Source of the DNA: a virus
Length of the DNA: 64,000 nucleotides
Strand: one strand, 5' to 3'
Virus record (IMG/VR): IMGVR_UViG_3300043446_001144
Span: 1 to 64,000 of that record
A model generated the notes under the pieces. It was not told where the DNA came from. It saw only the letters and a program-made list of their open reading frames with translations, and did no database searches. Each line of letters opens with the position of its first letter. Within the stretch, counting starts at the first letter, position 1. This document shows, piece after piece, positions 62,076 to 64,000 of this stretch. The position numbers were made by a program, and so were the translations under genes.

Positions 62076-62840
62076 TTAACCGAACAGTCCCTGACCACGA
62101 TTGCTGGCTGCATTGCCAAGTAGTTTGGCTCTTTGTTTCGCATAGTCTGCCAATGACATATCCCTGATTGAATCAGGCGTGTACGATTGTTGTGACGAAT
62201 CATTATCGAGGGGTCCTGCGGCAGGCGCTGTTACGCGTGGTCCTGCCATTTGTGCTCTAGCAGACTGCATAGCCTGTTGAGCGGATTCTAAAATACGAGC
62301 AGATTTATCTTTAAGAGTTGCGATGCTTTGCTCAATTTCATCTGACGAAGTTCCTTCAATCAAGTCGATAAGTTCAGGAATAATGTTTTCACGTTCCTGT
62401 TCTAAACGAGATTGACGGTAATTCATCAACTCTTGGAACTTGCGTTCCTGTTCAAGGAGTGCGATAGCACGTTCTCTTTCAAGACGTTCGTTCTCTAGTT
62501 GAGATTGAAATTCTTGCTCCTTCTTCTTGAGAAGGTCTTTGAAGGACAGTTCGTTTTCTTCCTGCTCCTTCTTCAACTGTGCTGCACGGGCTTCTTCATC
62601 AGCAATGCGTGATTGACGCTCTGCTTCACGAGCCGCCGCTTCTTCTCGTTCTCTTTTCAAAGACGAGAGTTCTTCTTTCATCTTTTCCAATTGCGGATAC
62701 AACTTGGCTTTTTCCTGCTCACGCGCCTTTGCGATGTCATCAGCAGAATAGGTAGGCATATCTCCACTCATTTGGATTTCTACTGGGGTTTGAACCTCAG
62801 CAAGTACTGTTTCGTCTACTGCGTTTTCCATAGTAGTCAC
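62076..62840 (-). CDS. Scaffolding protein
   Basis: E/K/R coiled coil, MSLADYAKQR C-terminus; upstream of the major capsid gene. Confidence 0.8.
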   Translation of the reverse strand: MTTMENAVDETVLAEVQTPVEIQMSGDMPTYSADDIAKAREQEKAKLYPQLEKMKEELSSLKREREEAAAREAERQSRIADEEARAAQLKKEQEENELSFKDLLKKKEQEFQSQLENERLERERAIALLEQERKFQELMNYRQSRLEQERENIIPELIDLIEGTSSDEIEQSIATLKDKSARILESAQQAMQSARAQMAGPRVTAPAAGPLDNDSSQQSYTPDSIRDMSLADYAKQRAKLLGNAASNRGQGLFG

Positions 62841-62960
62841 TTATCTTTCTTATGTCGTTGTCCGTATGCCTTTCGGCGTATCCCTTTGTTATTATGAGAT
62901 AATTGCATTACATTTAAATGCGCTTGTCTCGGTATATTCCAAATATTTTTATTTGGAAAT

Positions 62961-63998
62961 CTATTCTCTATCCACTGCCCTTCTTTGAGGAATTTTAGTT
63001 CCATAGGCTTGGGTCAATAAAGTTTGTCTAATAGAGGCTTCTGCCTGTGCATTCATGGCTTCTGATTCCTGATTTACTGGGTCTTCGACATTTTCAGGAG
63101 TTGGGGCTCCTTCTACGCCATCGCCCATGACATCGCCATCACCTAACTGAGTAGGCTGTAGCGGAACGGCGCTTGTACCATCAGGTCCAGGCATCATTCC
63201 AGTCATATCTTGAATCTGTTTTTGAATTTGAACTCGAACGAGAGTCAGGGCACCGTCCGCCTTAGCATCTTCAACAAGTTCACGACGAATCTCTTGCAAC
63301 TTCTCTTCTGGGAATTCTTCACCAAGAGTGCGAAGTGCGCCTTCCTTAGACTCAAGACCCATACCAAGTTTGGTCTGGATTTCATTAAGAACAATGAGTT
63401 TGTCGAGAGGTAGTGGAGGTGGGAACTGTACATAGTTCATGTATGACAGTGGGTCGTTAGGGTCTAGGCGGTCTAGTTGACCTTCCTTGATTGGACCATC
63501 TTCATTTGGGTTATAAAGGAATGTTTGTGGTTCCTTAATGGCAAGGGTGCGAAGTGCAAGTTCATTGATTCGCTCAAGACCCTTACCATATTGCGCTACT
63601 TTTTGAGAATAGCGATTCATCAATGGCTGATACTGAATAGAAAGAGCAACACCTGATGTGTTTGAAATTGGCTGGACTTGTCCAAGCGCAGTTTCAGGAA
63701 TGTTCATAAGTTCGTGCATTGAGCGTTTTAGCAACTCAAGATATTTAAGTGCGCCGTCGATTCCTTGCGCACCACCTTCAAGGTTGAAGACTTGGGCGTC
63801 TTTGGGAAGACCGCCCCAAACCTTCTTTGCACCTTTCTCAAGGTTAGAGGCTTTAGCACCTACAATAACTGTCACAGGAGAAGCGTGATAGTTAATGATG
63901 TCTGCGACATCGGTGCTAATTTCGTTATATGCACGGTTGATAGTGATGATGTCGTGTGCGTCCGAGAGACCCCACGGTGAACCTGAAACAGGAACGTT
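62961..63998 (-). CDS. Portal protein (SPP1 gp6-like), 5' end outside the window
   Basis: Frame open to the window edge (N.P..GSPWGLSD...YHASP); SNTSGVAL.IQYQPL. Confidence 0.85.
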   Translation of the reverse strand, partial: NVPVSGSPWGLSDAHDIITINRAYNEISTDVADIINYHASPVTVIVGAKASNLEKGAKKVWGGLPKDAQVFNLEGGAQGIDGALKYLELLKRSMHELMNIPETALGQVQPISNTSGVALSIQYQPLMNRYSQKVAQYGKGLERINELALRTLAIKEPQTFLYNPNEDGPIKEGQLDRLDPNDPLSYMNYVQFPPPLPLDKLIVLNEIQTKLGMGLESKEGALRTLGEEFPEEKLQEIRRELVEDAKADGALTLVRVQIQKQIQDMTGMMPGPDGTSAVPLQPTQLGDGDVMGDGVEGAPTPENVEDPVNQESEAMNAQAEASIRQTLLTQAYGTKIPQRRAVDRE

Positions 63999-64000
63999 AG

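Noticed and set aside
1-64000. Stop-codon reassignment
   Set aside because: Standard-code ORFs tile the window with intact conserved proteins, and TAA, TAG and TGA all serve as coupled stops.

Overview
A 64-kb segment of a tailed dsDNA phage genome with a contractile (myovirus-type) tail. Nearly all genes are on the - strand. WhiB, leaderless TANNNT-N6-ATG starts and a moderate GC content (about 40-45% by eye) suggest a low-GC actinobacterial host such as freshwater acI; this is inference. Read in the direction of transcription (right to left) the window contains: portal (partial), scaffold, N4-gp56-type major capsid and neck protein; a collagen-like fibre, a small adaptor and three 40-aa-repeat beta-propeller proteins; an inverted (+ strand) glycosyl/methyltransferase cassette; a second collagen fibre; a coupled array of very basic microproteins led by one very acidic one; sheath, tube, tail chaperone, tape measure with M23 peptidase and baseplate; a (VTPP)n/Cys-rich protein followed by three 2OG-Fe(II) oxygenases; a replication/recombination block (HTH initiator with iterons, DnaC-like loader, DnaB, primase, SNF2 helicase, SSB, PolA, RecA, WhiB, Cas4-like nuclease, RuvC, SpoVS); small unknown genes; a nucleotidyltransferase/HAD-like/TGT-like operon; and the 5' end of a class II ribonucleotide reductase. 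The best candidates for undescribed biology are (1) a virion-decoration system combining oxygenases, glycosyltransferases and mucin/collagen substrates, (2) a nested four-propeller adhesin within a plug-in MN[K/R]G module set, (3) a protamine-like microprotein array with an acidic partner and HypB-like MCxTCGC peptides, (4) a probable +1 frameshift at UUU_CGC in the tail chaperone and (5) the degenerate TGT-like operon. All family calls come from motif recognition only; no database searches were run. No tRNA, CRISPR array, integrase or reverse transcriptase was seen.
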